Positions 18,825 to 28,494 of a stretch of DNA of 64,000 bases are shown piece after piece. This stretch comes from Verrucomicrobiota bacterium (lineage in GTDB: Bacteria; Verrucomicrobiota; Verrucomicrobiia; Limisphaerales; JADLHS01), in the NCBI GenBank assembly GCA_029573725.1, contig JAKQDQ010000178.1:337174-401173 (forward strand), read 5' to 3'. The notes under the pieces were generated by a model. The model saw only the letters and a list, made by a program, of their open reading frames with translations. It ran no database searches and was not told the origin of the DNA. The position numbers and the translations under genes were made by a program. Numbering within the stretch: position 1 is the first letter of the stretch; each line of letters begins with the position of its first letter.

Positions 18825-19316
18825 ATGCCGCTACTGGTCAATCTTCGCCATCTGGAGCGGCACGACGTGGAACTTGCCGGCGAGCTGCCGGTGGCGGACC
18901 TGGACCTGGACCTTCGCGACGAGATGATTGAGGTGCGGCATCCCCTGAAGTTCCAACTGGTCGTGCAAGGCCTGACAGACGGTTTGCTCATTCGCGGGCG
19001 CCTGTCCCTGCCGCTGGATTGCCGGTGCGTGCGATGCTTGCGGCCCTTTGTTCAGAAACTGGACTGGCCGGATTGGTCCTGTTTGATCCCCCTTGCTGGA
19101 GAAGAGGCGGTGGCGCGGGACGGAGACACCGTGGACTTGACGCCTTTTTTACGGGAAGATATTCTGCTGGAGTTGCCGCAACATCCGTTGTGCAACCCGG
19201 ATTGTTGCGGTTTCAAACCACCGCTTCACAGCAAACCGAAAGTGAAGTCCCCGGACGATGCGAAAACGCCGTCGGCTTGGGTGATGTTGGACAAAGTTAA
19301 ATTTAGGAAAGAGTAA
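18825..19316 (+). CDS. YceD/DUF177 family protein
   Basis: 163 aa, Cys-containing segments (CRCVRCL; CNPDCCG). Conserved position immediately upstream of rpmF-plsX. Confidence 0.7.
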   Translation: MPLLVNLRHLERHDVELAGELPVADLDLDLRDEMIEVRHPLKFQLVVQGLTDGLLIRGRLSLPLDCRCVRCLRPFVQKLDWPDWSCLIPLAGEEAVARDGDTVDLTPFLREDILLELPQHPLCNPDCCGFKPPLHSKPKVKSPDDAKTPSAWVMLDKVKFRKE

Positions 19317-19318
19317 TT

Positions 19319-19507
19319 ATGGGTGTTCCCAAGCGTAAACCATCAACCAGTCGTATACGGATGCGGCGGGCCTACAACAGTGTGTTAAAGCTGCCGCAGT
19401 TGAGCACCTGCCCTCAATGCGCGGCGCCTTATGTGCCGCATCGCGTCTGTCCAGCGTGTGGATTCTACAAGGGCCGCCAGGTGGTCACGGTGAAAACCGG
19501 GGCATGA
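19319..19507 (+). CDS. rpmF: 50S ribosomal protein L32
   Basis: MGVPKRKPSTSRIRMRR N-terminus and CPQC...CPACG zinc-ribbon cysteines. Confidence 0.9.
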   Translation: MGVPKRKPSTSRIRMRRAYNSVLKLPQLSTCPQCAAPYVPHRVCPACGFYKGRQVVTVKTGA

Positions 19508-19558
19508 TCCGGGCGCGCGGCCGCTCCGCGTGCAGCGTCGCGAGCCCGCCCGTTCACT

Positions 19559-20593
19559 ATGCGAATCGCGCTGGATGTCATGGGTGGTGATCACGGGTGC
19601 GTGGTCGCCATCAGGGGCGCCAAACGCGCACTCGACACGGACAACCGCATCACCGCGTTGATGCTGGTCGGGCAGGAGGAAAAAATCCGCGCAGCCTTGC
19701 GGGAAGCGGGCCTGGTTGACCCCCGCGTGCAGATCGTCCACGCCTCCGAGGTGCTGACGATGAAGGACAAGCCGCTCGAAGGCATCCGCAAGAAAAAGGA
19801 CTCCTCGCTCGTCCGCGCCATTGAGCTGGTCCGCAGCAAAAAGGCGGACGCGGTCATTTCCGCGGGCAACACCGGCGCGTTGGTGGCCGGTTCGATGAAA
19901 CTGGGCCGGGTGGAGGGGGTCGAGCGGCCGGCCATCGCCTGCCGGTTTCCCTCGTTTTCGCAGGATTTCATCATGCTCGATTGCGGGGCGAATACCGTGG
20001 CGGAACCCTCGCATTTGGCCCAGTTCGCCGTGATGGGCCGCATTTACGCCCGGGAAATTTTGGGCGTCGAGAAACCGCGGGTGGGCGTGTTGAGCAACGG
20101 CACGGAAGAAGGCAAGGGTACGGAGCTGACGCAGGCGGCCGCGCGCTTTTGCGCCCGACTCAATCTGGATTTCATCGGCTATTGCGAAGGATTTGACCTG
20201 TTCAACGATGGGGTGGATGTGGTCGTGTGTGATGGGTTCACCGGCAATATCGTGCTGAAAACCTGTGAGAGCCTCAGCAAGACTTTCAGTCGCCTGCTGA
20301 AAAACGAGGTGAAGGCCAACCCGGTGCGGGTGGTGGGCGGGGCGTTGGCCCGCGGGGCGTTCAGCGCCCTGAAGCGGCGTTTGGACCCGGAGGTGTACGG
20401 GGGCGCCGCCGTCCTCGGCGTCAACGGCATCGTCATCAAGGCCCATGGGTCCTCCCGTGAACGCGCCTTTGCCAGCGCGGTTCGCGTGGCGACGGATGAA
20501 TTCGGGCGGGGTCTGAAGCAAATGATCGCCGCGGACATTCAGCAGGCCAATCAACAGATCGCCGCGCTTACCGCCGGCGCCACAGGGACATGA
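19559..20593 (+). CDS. plsX: phosphate acyltransferase PlsX
   Basis: IALDVMGGDHG, AVISAGNTGA, FIGYCEG, CDGFTGNIVLK, VIKAHGSS. Confidence 0.93.
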   Translation: MRIALDVMGGDHGCVVAIRGAKRALDTDNRITALMLVGQEEKIRAALREAGLVDPRVQIVHASEVLTMKDKPLEGIRKKKDSSLVRAIELVRSKKADAVISAGNTGALVAGSMKLGRVEGVERPAIACRFPSFSQDFIMLDCGANTVAEPSHLAQFAVMGRIYAREILGVEKPRVGVLSNGTEEGKGTELTQAAARFCARLNLDFIGYCEGFDLFNDGVDVVVCDGFTGNIVLKTCESLSKTFSRLLKNEVKANPVRVVGGALARGAFSALKRRLDPEVYGGAAVLGVNGIVIKAHGSSRERAFASAVRVATDEFGRGLKQMIAADIQQANQQIAALTAGATGT

Positions 20594-21627
20594 TCTCCTC
20601 CGCTCCTTCCTCCTCCACCGCATCCGTGCCGGGCCACGCCTTGTCGGGGCGAAGCGTTTCCATCGTGGGCTCCGGAGCTTGTGTGCCGGCCAGGGTCCTC
20701 ACCAATTCCGACCTGGAAAAAATCGTCGAAACTTCGGATGAGTGGATCACCACCCGCACTGGCATCAAGGAGCGCCGGATTGCCGCCCAGGACGAATTTA
20801 CTTCAGACCTGGCCACACAGGCGGCGCGGCGCGCCATGGCCGCGGCGGGAGTGGCCGCCGACCAAATCGACCTGATCATCGTCGCCACGATTACACCCGA
20901 CATGGTGTTCCCGTCCACGGCCTGCCTGGTTCAGCAAAAACTGGGGGCTTCGCGCGCCGCCGCCTTCGATTTGGAGGCGGCCTGCTCCGGTTTCATTTAC
21001 GGCATGGAAATCGGACAACAATTTGTGCGCTCCGGCACGTACCACACCGTCCTGGTCATCGGCGCTGAAAAATTGTCTTCCGTGGTGGACTGGCAGGATC
21101 GCAATACGTGCGTGTTGTTCGGCGACGGGGCGGGCGCGGTGATTTTACAGCACCGGCCGGGTTCGCGCGGGTTGTTGACCACCGTCATGGGCGCCGACGG
21201 CGACAAATCCAAGCTGCTGTACATGCCGGGGGGAGGCAGTCGCTGTCCGGCCACGACCCAGTCCGTCATGTCCCGTTTGCATTTCCTGCGCATGGAAGGC
21301 CGGGAGACCTTCAAACACGCCGTGCAAGCCATGATCAGCGCGGCCACGGAAGCGCTGCGTCGTTGTCAGCTCGAGATCTCCCAGATCAAGTGCATCATCC
21401 CGCATCAAGCGAATCGCCGTATTTTGGACGCGGTCGGCGAACGGCTGGGCGCCAAGCCGGAACAGTTGTTTTGCAATCTGGACCGTTATGGCAATACGTC
21501 CGCCGCCTCGGTGGCGATTGCGCTGGATGAAGCCGCCCGGGCCGGCCGGATGCAGCGCGGCGACCTGGTGTTGTTGGTGGTGTTTGGGGCCGGTCTGACG
21601 TGGGGGGCGGTGGTGATTGAGTGGTAG
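20590..21627 (+). CDS. fabH: beta-ketoacyl-ACP synthase III
   Basis: ATGA overlap with plsX. TSDEWITTRTGIKERR, active-site Cys in EAACSGF, HQANRRI, YGNTSAAS. Confidence 0.93.
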   Translation: MISSAPSSSTASVPGHALSGRSVSIVGSGACVPARVLTNSDLEKIVETSDEWITTRTGIKERRIAAQDEFTSDLATQAARRAMAAAGVAADQIDLIIVATITPDMVFPSTACLVQQKLGASRAAAFDLEAACSGFIYGMEIGQQFVRSGTYHTVLVIGAEKLSSVVDWQDRNTCVLFGDGAGAVILQHRPGSRGLLTTVMGADGDKSKLLYMPGGGSRCPATTQSVMSRLHFLRMEGRETFKHAVQAMISAATEALRRCQLEISQIKCIIPHQANRRILDAVGERLGAKPEQLFCNLDRYGNTSAASVAIALDEAARAGRMQRGDLVLLVVFGAGLTWGAVVIEW

Positions 21628-21629
21628 TC

Positions 21630-22481
21630 TCAGCGCCGCTCCATTCGCTTCCGGGCTGTGTCGAGCACTTTCCGTTCGTGCGCCGTTAAACTCTGAATGC
21701 CATGCCGGGAGATTTTTTCCAGGATGGGATCCACGGCTTCGCTGAAAAATTCCGTTTCTGACTCCACCTCCGGTTCCGGTGCCGTGCGGCCGGCCGCCCG
21801 GGTCGGAACGGGTTTCGGCCGCGTAAGCCAGCGCAGCATCAACCACCCGCCCAGGATGCCCCCAGCATGCGCGCCGTGCGCCACACGGCCGTTATCAATC
21901 AGTATCCCCAGCAAGCTGATGCCCAAACTCACGCCCAGCAAAACCCGGGCGCTGACGGTGACCGGAATCACAAAGAACAGCAGCACCGTCAGCTCCCGGT
22001 GGGGAAACATCAGGGCATACGCGGTAATCAAGCCAAAGACTCCGGCTGATGCCCCGACCACCGGCGTGTAGAGGTGCAACCCTTCATGCACCATGACGCC
22101 AAAGCGGCTCGGCAACACAAGACTTCCGGCCACATGCACCAGGCCGCCAATGACGCCGCTCGCCAGGTAGAGCCAGACAAACCGCTTTGTGCCCAACGCC
22201 TCTTCAACCGCGAATCCGAAGAAATAGATCCCGATGGAGTTCAGCACCAGGTGCAGCAAACCAGCGTGTAAAAACTGGAAGGTGAACAATTGCCAGAGGT
22301 AACCGTGCCGCAGCCCGAGCCAGCTGAGGCTGAGGTAATCAGTCGGAAACAGGCGCGGGGCGAGCGCTTCGATCAGGAAAACGGCGGCATTGAAAATCAG
22401 AATGGCGGCCGTTGCCGTTTTCCAGCGACTGGCGCGGCCATAAACCCTTTCGGAGCGCATGTAATCTCGATCACCCAGCAT
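21630..22481 (-). CDS. rhomboid family intramembrane serine protease
   Basis: Six TM segments, Ser motif GASAGVFG and His motif AHGAHAGGILGG, with a soluble C-terminal tail. The stop is 2 nt from the convergent fabH stop. Confidence 0.8.
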   Translation of the reverse strand: MLGDRDYMRSERVYGRASRWKTATAAILIFNAAVFLIEALAPRLFPTDYLSLSWLGLRHGYLWQLFTFQFLHAGLLHLVLNSIGIYFFGFAVEEALGTKRFVWLYLASGVIGGLVHVAGSLVLPSRFGVMVHEGLHLYTPVVGASAGVFGLITAYALMFPHRELTVLLFFVIPVTVSARVLLGVSLGISLLGILIDNGRVAHGAHAGGILGGWLMLRWLTRPKPVPTRAAGRTAPEPEVESETEFFSEAVDPILEKISRHGIQSLTAHERKVLDTARKRMERR

Positions 22482-22702
22482 GTGCCGCCAACCTAGATGG
22501 CTGGCTGGAGATTTTCAAACCTCTTGTCACTGCAGCCCCGGTCGTGTGCCGCCCGTGCGTGACCCGGACCGGCTCCGGACGCGCAGTCCTGCCGAGGGAA
22601 AATCCGGCCGGATTTGAACAAAATCCGTTTCACCCGGTCGAACTGCACGACGGACAAATTCGTATTGAATTTATCTCATCAAATTTTCATTATTTCCTCC
22701 AG

Positions 22703-23521
22703 ATGAATACTCGACTACTTGCGCTGTTCCTGACTGCGACAGTCAGCCTGAGTTTTGCCCGGGCTGAAACCGGCAAAACCTTCAAAGACGAGAAGGAGAA
22801 GGCCAATTACGCCATCGGTTTGAGCGTGGGTGGCAATTTCAAACAGGGCAATCTGGAGTACGACGCGGCTGCGTTCGAGCAGGGCATGAAAGACGCCCTG
22901 GGCGACAAGCCGGGGCTGAGCCCGCAGGAAATCTCCGAGGTGATTCGCAAATATCAAAGTGAACGACGTGCTGTCCTGGGTGAAAAGAACAAAGCGGAGG
23001 GCGAGGCCTTCCTGGCGGAAAACAAGACCAAACCGGGAGTGAAAACCTTCGCGAGCGGACTGCAATACAAGGTGCTGGCCGAAGGCAGCGGCGATTCACC
23101 CAAGCCGGAGGATTCCTGCGTGGTCAAGTATCGGGGCACGCTGATCAATGGCACGGAGTTTGACAGCTCGGAACGTCAGCACAATGGCACGGCCACCTTT
23201 CCCGCCAACCGGGTGATCAAAGGCTGGACCGAGGCCTTGACCCACATGAAACCAGGAGCGAAATGGCAGCTTTTCATCCCGCCGGACCTGGCTTACGGCG
23301 AGCATGGCAACCGCAACATCGGTCCGAACAGTGTGTTGTTGTTCGACGTCGAGCTGGTTTCCTTCAGTCCTCCTCCGCCCCCGGCCAAGCCCGCTGCGCC
23401 TCTGACCAGCGATATTATCAAGGTGCCGTCCTTGGAAGACATGAAGAAGGGCGCCAAGATCGAAACCATCAAGCCCGAGGACGTGGAAAAGCTGCAAAAG
23501 GAAAAGGAAAAGAAGAACTGA
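22703..23521 (+). CDS. FKBP-type peptidyl-prolyl cis-trans isomerase (FkpA/Mip-like)
   Basis: Start taken at MNTRLLALFLTATVSLSFA (signal peptide). N-terminal helical dimerisation region, FKBP core (GLQYKVLAEGSG...VKYRGTLINGTEFDSS...VIKGWTEAL...LFDVELV), Pro/Lys-rich tail. Confidence 0.85.
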   Translation: MNTRLLALFLTATVSLSFARAETGKTFKDEKEKANYAIGLSVGGNFKQGNLEYDAAAFEQGMKDALGDKPGLSPQEISEVIRKYQSERRAVLGEKNKAEGEAFLAENKTKPGVKTFASGLQYKVLAEGSGDSPKPEDSCVVKYRGTLINGTEFDSSERQHNGTATFPANRVIKGWTEALTHMKPGAKWQLFIPPDLAYGEHGNRNIGPNSVLLFDVELVSFSPPPPPAKPAAPLTSDIIKVPSLEDMKKGAKIETIKPEDVEKLQKEKEKKN

Positions 23522-23731
23522 GTCCGGCGGTTCACGGGGCAGTTGGCAGCAGTGGCAGCGGGGGGTGACACTGCGGCGGCTCGCGGCGCACGATGATGGA
23601 GTGGCCCGCGACGGGCAAACCGGTTGCCGGCGGCGGCAAACCCAATGTCCGCGCCCCAAATTAGACTCTTGACAAAGCGGGCGTCCGGCGGAGACTCTTC
23701 ACGCAAACGAAGCCGTAGATTCAAGTCCAAT

Positions 23732-24454
23732 ATGCAAGACTTCAAAGTGGAAAAATTCAACGGGCCGAACTCCCGGGAGACGGCGAAACTTACTTCCTTG
23801 TTGGCCCTGGCCGCCGGTGCGGTTGCCTGCCCGCAACCCGGGCATGCCGACATCATCTATACCAGCCTCGGACCAAGTGGGTATGCCGTCGGATTCACGG
23901 CCAACGAAAGTCTGCAATTTGTGGTTCCCGGTGATGCGAACGTCGGATTCAAACGGGTTTCCAGCGTCAGCTACACGTCCCCGGGTTCCCTCACCATCAA
24001 TATTCGGCTGGTGCTGGCCGGTGATTTGGGTGGTGGAGCAGGAGGCGGCTTCAATGGCACGAGCGTTGCCGCGCCCAAACCATTCGGAGCTGCCTGGGAT
24101 AATCCAGCCCTGCTCTACAATGTGCCGGTGGCGTGGGTGAATGATGTCAACGGGAGCAGTGGCACGAGTGATTTCGATCATCAATATTACGCCTGGATGT
24201 TCAATGACAGCACCCAGGGCGGGGCGGCGCGGTACGGCTGGGCCGAGGTCAGTCTGGCCATGGCGGGTTACAACGCTGGTGGACCGACCCTGACGGTTTG
24301 GGCTTACGCCTACGACAACACCGGGCTCAAGCCGACGATGGGGGCAATTCCCGAACCGACTTCAACCGCCCTGCTGGCGCTGGGGGCCATGGCGCTGGGC
24401 GCGCGCGGCGTGCGCAAGTGGCGCCAAGACCGGAAGCCCCTCCGGTCAGTTTGA
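23732..24454 (+). CDS. PEP-CTERM sorting-domain protein
   Basis: Signal peptide, and a C-terminal IPEPTSTALLALGAMALGARGVRKWR (PEP motif, TM helix, basic cluster). Confidence 0.7.
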   Translation: MQDFKVEKFNGPNSRETAKLTSLLALAAGAVACPQPGHADIIYTSLGPSGYAVGFTANESLQFVVPGDANVGFKRVSSVSYTSPGSLTINIRLVLAGDLGGGAGGGFNGTSVAAPKPFGAAWDNPALLYNVPVAWVNDVNGSSGTSDFDHQYYAWMFNDSTQGGAARYGWAEVSLAMAGYNAGGPTLTVWAYAYDNTGLKPTMGAIPEPTSTALLALGAMALGARGVRKWRQDRKPLRSV

Positions 24455-24483
24455 AGCGGATCATCCAGTGATGAATTTTCTGG

Positions 24484-24520
24484 CGGATTGGCCGAATTAG
24501 AGGCCAATCCGTTTCGTTTT
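24484..24520 (+). terminator. rho-independent terminator after the PEP-CTERM gene
   Basis: Perfect 10-bp stem CGGATTGGCC / GGCCAATCCG (24484-24493 and 24502-24511), 8-nt loop, then TTTCGTTTT. Confidence 0.6.
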
Positions 24521-24527
24521 GCAGCGC

Positions 24528-27335
24528 ATGCCCAAACCACGCGTCTTACTCATCGGCTGGGACGCGGCGGATTGGAAAATCATCCGGCCGCTGTTGCAAG
24601 CCGGTCAAATGCCGCACCTTGCCCGGCTGATGCAGGAGGGCGTGAGTGGGAATATCGCTACGCTGTATCCAGTGCTCAGTCCGATGCTGTGGACTTCCAT
24701 CGCGACGGGCAAACGCGCTTACCAGCACGGCATTCACGGGTTCATTGAGCCGCTGCCGGATGGCTCAGGGGTGCGGCCCATTTCGGTGCTGTCCCGGCGC
24801 ACCAAGGCGCTCTGGAATATCCTCAATCAAAATGGTTGCCGCTCCCTGGTTGTGGGTTGGTGGCCTTCGCATCCGGCGGAACCCATCAACGGGGTGATGG
24901 TTTCCAACCACTTTTCCCTCCCTTCGGGCACGCCGGGCCACCCGTTGCCGCTGCCCGCCGGCACAGTGCATCCACCGCCATTGGCCGCCTCCCTTGGGGA
25001 TTTGCGGGTTCATCCGATGGAATTGACCGGGGAATTTGTGCGGGCGTTTGTACCGGATTATGACCGCGTAAACCAAACCGAAGACAAGCGCCTGCACATG
25101 CTGGGAAAAATCCTCGCCGAAACCATGTCCATCCACGCCGTGGCCACCGAGTTGTTGGCGACGCAAACCTGGGATTTCGCCGCGCTGTATTACAGTGCCT
25201 TGGACCACTTCGGGCACGGATTCATGCGCTACCATCCGCCACGTTTGCCCGGCGTCCCGGAGGCGGACTTCGCCATTTATCAACACGTTATCAACAACGC
25301 CTATCGCTATCACGATGCCATGTTGGGGACGTTGCTGGGATTGGTGGACGAACACACCACCGTGATGGTGTTGAGTGATCACGGCTTCCATCCCGATGCC
25401 CAACGTCCGGATTATATTCCCGCCGAACCCGCCGGGCCGGCGCTGGAGCATCGGCACTTTGGTGTTCTCTGTCTGAAAGGGCCGGGGCTGCGCCGCAATG
25501 AACCGGTTTATGGCGCGAGCCTGCTCGATATTTGTCCAACCGTGCTGTCGTTCTTTGGACTGCCGCCCGGACGCGACATGGAGGGCAAGGTGTTACATTC
25601 GATTTTCCAATGCCCGCCCGAACTTCATCCCATTGAGAGTTGGGATGCCGTTCCGGGCGATGCGGGCCTTCACCCGCCGGAGACCCGACTGGATGCCTCC
25701 GCCTCCGCGGCGGCCTTCCAGCAATTGGTGGAGCTGGGCTACATCGCACCGCCGGCTGCCAAAACGCAGGAAATCCTGGCCGAAGGAGTGCGGGAGCTGG
25801 AATACAACCTGGCGCGCGCCTATCGGGACGGGAATCATTGTGCGCCCGCGGCGGACTTGGCCGAGCGACTTTGGACACGCTGGCCGGCGGAACACCGCTT
25901 CGGCGTCTTGTTGATTGACTGTCTCACAGCCTTGCAGCAAACGGAACGGCGCCGGAGCGCCATCACCACGTTGGCGCAGCGCGTGGAGGCGTTTCAACGC
26001 CAGGCTCAAACCGAAACCGTCCCCCTCCCTTCGCCCTCAACGCCTTCGGCCGTCGAACCGATTGCAGATCGCCGGGCGCGCCTCCTGGAGCGGCGGCGCT
26101 GGGAGCTGGCGCAGGGCGCCGACTTGCTGCTGGAATGGCTGTGGATGTCGCAGGCGCTGATGGAAGGGCATCGGGCCGAGGCGCGGGAGCGTCTGACCCG
26201 GCTTCTGCCCCTGGTGACACCCCACCGAAGCTGGACACCACGAGTCATCAGCGCCTTGATTGAGCTGGGGGAAACCGAAAACGCACAGACCCTGCTCACC
26301 AGAATGTTGGATGAGGACGCCGAAGATCCAGCCGCTCACGCGCAACTGGCGGACCTGCATTTCCGCGCCGGAAGATTCGATTGTGCCATCGCTGCGGCCA
26401 GCGAATCCCTGAGTTTGCTTTACTTCCAACCCGCCCTGCAGGCACTGCTCGGCCGCGCGCTGTTGATGCAACGGCGTTTTGCCGAAGCGGAACAGGCGCT
26501 GCTGGTCGCCGTGGCGCAAAGCCCGCGTCATCTGGTGGCGCATGAGGCGCTGGCCGTCCTGTATCGCGACCATCTGCATCGACCCGACGCGGCTTTTGCC
26601 CACGAAGGTCGCGCGCGTTCACTGCGCCATGAACTGACGGAGCGGCAACGCAACGGGGCGTCTCCGCGCCCCCTCGGGCCGCTCCGGGCGGGCCCCGCCC
26701 CTGCCTACGTGACCTGGCGGGACGCGGCGCAGGGAGAGATGCCGCCCCCTTTTCCGCACACCCTGTCGCGCGATCGGATCGTGACCGTGGTGTCCGGCCT
26801 GCCCCGCAGCGGCACGTCGTTGATGATGCAGCTGCTGGCCGCCGCCGGCCGCGTGATCTTGACCGACGGGCAACGTGGTGCCGACGTGGATAATCCACTC
26901 GGGTATTACGAGTTCACCCCGGTGCTTTCCCTGGCCAGAGACGCCTCCTGGCTGCCGCAGGCCCGCGGCAAGGTCGTCAAGGTCGTCGCGCAGTTGCTGC
27001 CGTCGCTGCCGCGCAGCGAATATTACGAAATCATTTTCATGGAGCGGAATCTGGACGCGGTCACCGCCTCGCAACGCATCCTGTTGCAACGCCAGGGGCG
27101 TTCGGGCGCGGACCTGGAGACGGAGCGGCTCGTCGAGACTTATCAGCAGCAGCTCACCCTGTTGCGGCAGCAAATCAATCGGCGGGCGGAGATCCGCTGG
27201 TGGGCGGTGAGCTATGAAGCCCTGTTGCAGGATGCCGCGTCCGTGGTGGCCGCGTTGTCAGAATTCCTCGGGCCGCCCTTTGATTGCGCCCGGGCCGCAG
27301 CGACCGTGCGTCCGGATTTGTGCCGTCATCCGTAG
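24528..27335 (+). CDS. three-module protein: alkaline-phosphatase-superfamily (type I phosphodiesterase-like) domain, TPR region, sulfotransferase domain
   Basis: First ATG at 24528 (the track start at 24519 is TTG). N-terminal VLLIGWDAADW...LSPMLWTSIATGK...LSDHGFH, central TPR-like helical repeats, C-terminal VVSGLPRSGTSLMMQLL (PAPS-binding-loop-like) with further sulfotransferase-like sequence. Confidence 0.7.
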   Translation: MPKPRVLLIGWDAADWKIIRPLLQAGQMPHLARLMQEGVSGNIATLYPVLSPMLWTSIATGKRAYQHGIHGFIEPLPDGSGVRPISVLSRRTKALWNILNQNGCRSLVVGWWPSHPAEPINGVMVSNHFSLPSGTPGHPLPLPAGTVHPPPLAASLGDLRVHPMELTGEFVRAFVPDYDRVNQTEDKRLHMLGKILAETMSIHAVATELLATQTWDFAALYYSALDHFGHGFMRYHPPRLPGVPEADFAIYQHVINNAYRYHDAMLGTLLGLVDEHTTVMVLSDHGFHPDAQRPDYIPAEPAGPALEHRHFGVLCLKGPGLRRNEPVYGASLLDICPTVLSFFGLPPGRDMEGKVLHSIFQCPPELHPIESWDAVPGDAGLHPPETRLDASASAAAFQQLVELGYIAPPAAKTQEILAEGVRELEYNLARAYRDGNHCAPAADLAERLWTRWPAEHRFGVLLIDCLTALQQTERRRSAITTLAQRVEAFQRQAQTETVPLPSPSTPSAVEPIADRRARLLERRRWELAQGADLLLEWLWMSQALMEGHRAEARERLTRLLPLVTPHRSWTPRVISALIELGETENAQTLLTRMLDEDAEDPAAHAQLADLHFRAGRFDCAIAAASESLSLLYFQPALQALLGRALLMQRRFAEAEQALLVAVAQSPRHLVAHEALAVLYRDHLHRPDAAFAHEGRARSLRHELTERQRNGASPRPLGPLRAGPAPAYVTWRDAAQGEMPPPFPHTLSRDRIVTVVSGLPRSGTSLMMQLLAAAGRVILTDGQRGADVDNPLGYYEFTPVLSLARDASWLPQARGKVVKVVAQLLPSLPRSEYYEIIFMERNLDAVTASQRILLQRQGRSGADLETERLVETYQQQLTLLRQQINRRAEIRWWAVSYEALLQDAASVVAALSEFLGPPFDCARAAATVRPDLCRHP

Positions 27336-27391
27336 CGGGCCGAAGCTGTCCGGGCTTTGGTTGCTTGCCAGCGACCGATTCTTCACGGAAA

Positions 27392-28408
27392 ATGCGTTAC
27401 CTTGGCATCATGGGTGCAAACCAGAATCAGCCTTCGAATCCGCCCCGCCCGACGCCGCCGGATTTTTCCGAATCCGGCGCCTGGCGGGATGTGGGCAGCG
27501 GTTGGCAGCCGTTGTTCGGCAGTTTCCATGGTGTGGGGTACAGTTTTGAGTGGCATGATTTTAAGGCGCGGCGTGAGTTTGATTGGGGCGCCACCTTTCA
27601 TCCAAACTGTGTTGAGCTCTGCCTGAATCTTAACGGGCACGGGTATGTGACTGCCGGCGCGCACCGCGCTGATTTCTCCCCGAACACCGCCGGGTTCTAT
27701 TTTCGACAGCAGAACGCCTTGGAGGCGCGCCGGACCGCCGGTGAACAGCACACTTTTTTGACGGTGGAATTTTCCTGCCCGTTCCTTGCGCAACACCTGG
27801 TCGCCGCCAAAACCATGCTGCACCCCCTGGTGCGCGCGGCGGTCGAGGCGCGTTCGAATCAAACCACGGTCGGCGTGCCCCAGCGGTTGACCGCACCACA
27901 ATTGCAGTTGATCACCTCCCTGCGACAACCGCCCGTTTATGCCGCGGCGCAGCCGATTTGGTATCAATGCAAGGCACTGGAACTGGCGGTCATCTTTTTT
28001 GTGCAACCGCCGGCCGGGGAGGAGTTGTTTTGCACGCGCCAGCAGCGCCTCGCGCAGGAGCGGGTGGAACAGGTCATTTTCCTGTTGAAACAAAATCTCG
28101 CGGCGCCGCCGTCCCTGGAAGAGCTGGGAAGGAAAATCGGGTGCAGCCATTTTTATCTGAGCCGGATTTTTTCCGCGCAAACCGGACAAACGATCACCCA
28201 GTTTTTGCGGCAACTGCGCATGGAACGCGCCGCCGAGCTGTTGAAATCCCGTGAATACAATGTGACGGAAGCCGCTCATGAGGTGGGCTACAACAGTTTA
28301 AGCCACTTCAGCACCACGTTTCAGGAGACATTTGGCTGCTGTCCGGGGTTGTATCCCGTCGCAACCGCCACGCAAAAATCCGCCGCGTTGAAATCCCGCG
28401 ATCATTAG
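27392..28408 (+). CDS. AraC family transcriptional regulator
   Basis: C-terminal double HTH (LEELGRKIGCSHFYLSRIF...VTEAAHEVGYNSLSHFSTTFQETFGCCP). Start set at the ATG at 27392, after the upstream stop. Confidence 0.85.
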   Translation: MRYLGIMGANQNQPSNPPRPTPPDFSESGAWRDVGSGWQPLFGSFHGVGYSFEWHDFKARREFDWGATFHPNCVELCLNLNGHGYVTAGAHRADFSPNTAGFYFRQQNALEARRTAGEQHTFLTVEFSCPFLAQHLVAAKTMLHPLVRAAVEARSNQTTVGVPQRLTAPQLQLITSLRQPPVYAAAQPIWYQCKALELAVIFFVQPPAGEELFCTRQQRLAQERVEQVIFLLKQNLAAPPSLEELGRKIGCSHFYLSRIFSAQTGQTITQFLRQLRMERAAELLKSREYNVTEAAHEVGYNSLSHFSTTFQETFGCCPGLYPVATATQKSAALKSRDH

Positions 28409-28494
28409 AGGTGCGCGGTTTCGCAACCGCCCGACAATTTTCCGCAAGCGACCGACAGCCCGAAGATCGGGGCGTCCGTTATGCTGGACGTCTT

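Noticed and set aside
19385-20623. 412-aa ORF antisense to rpmF and plsX
   Set aside because: It overlaps two highly conserved genes in full, with low-complexity Arg/Ala/Gly composition.
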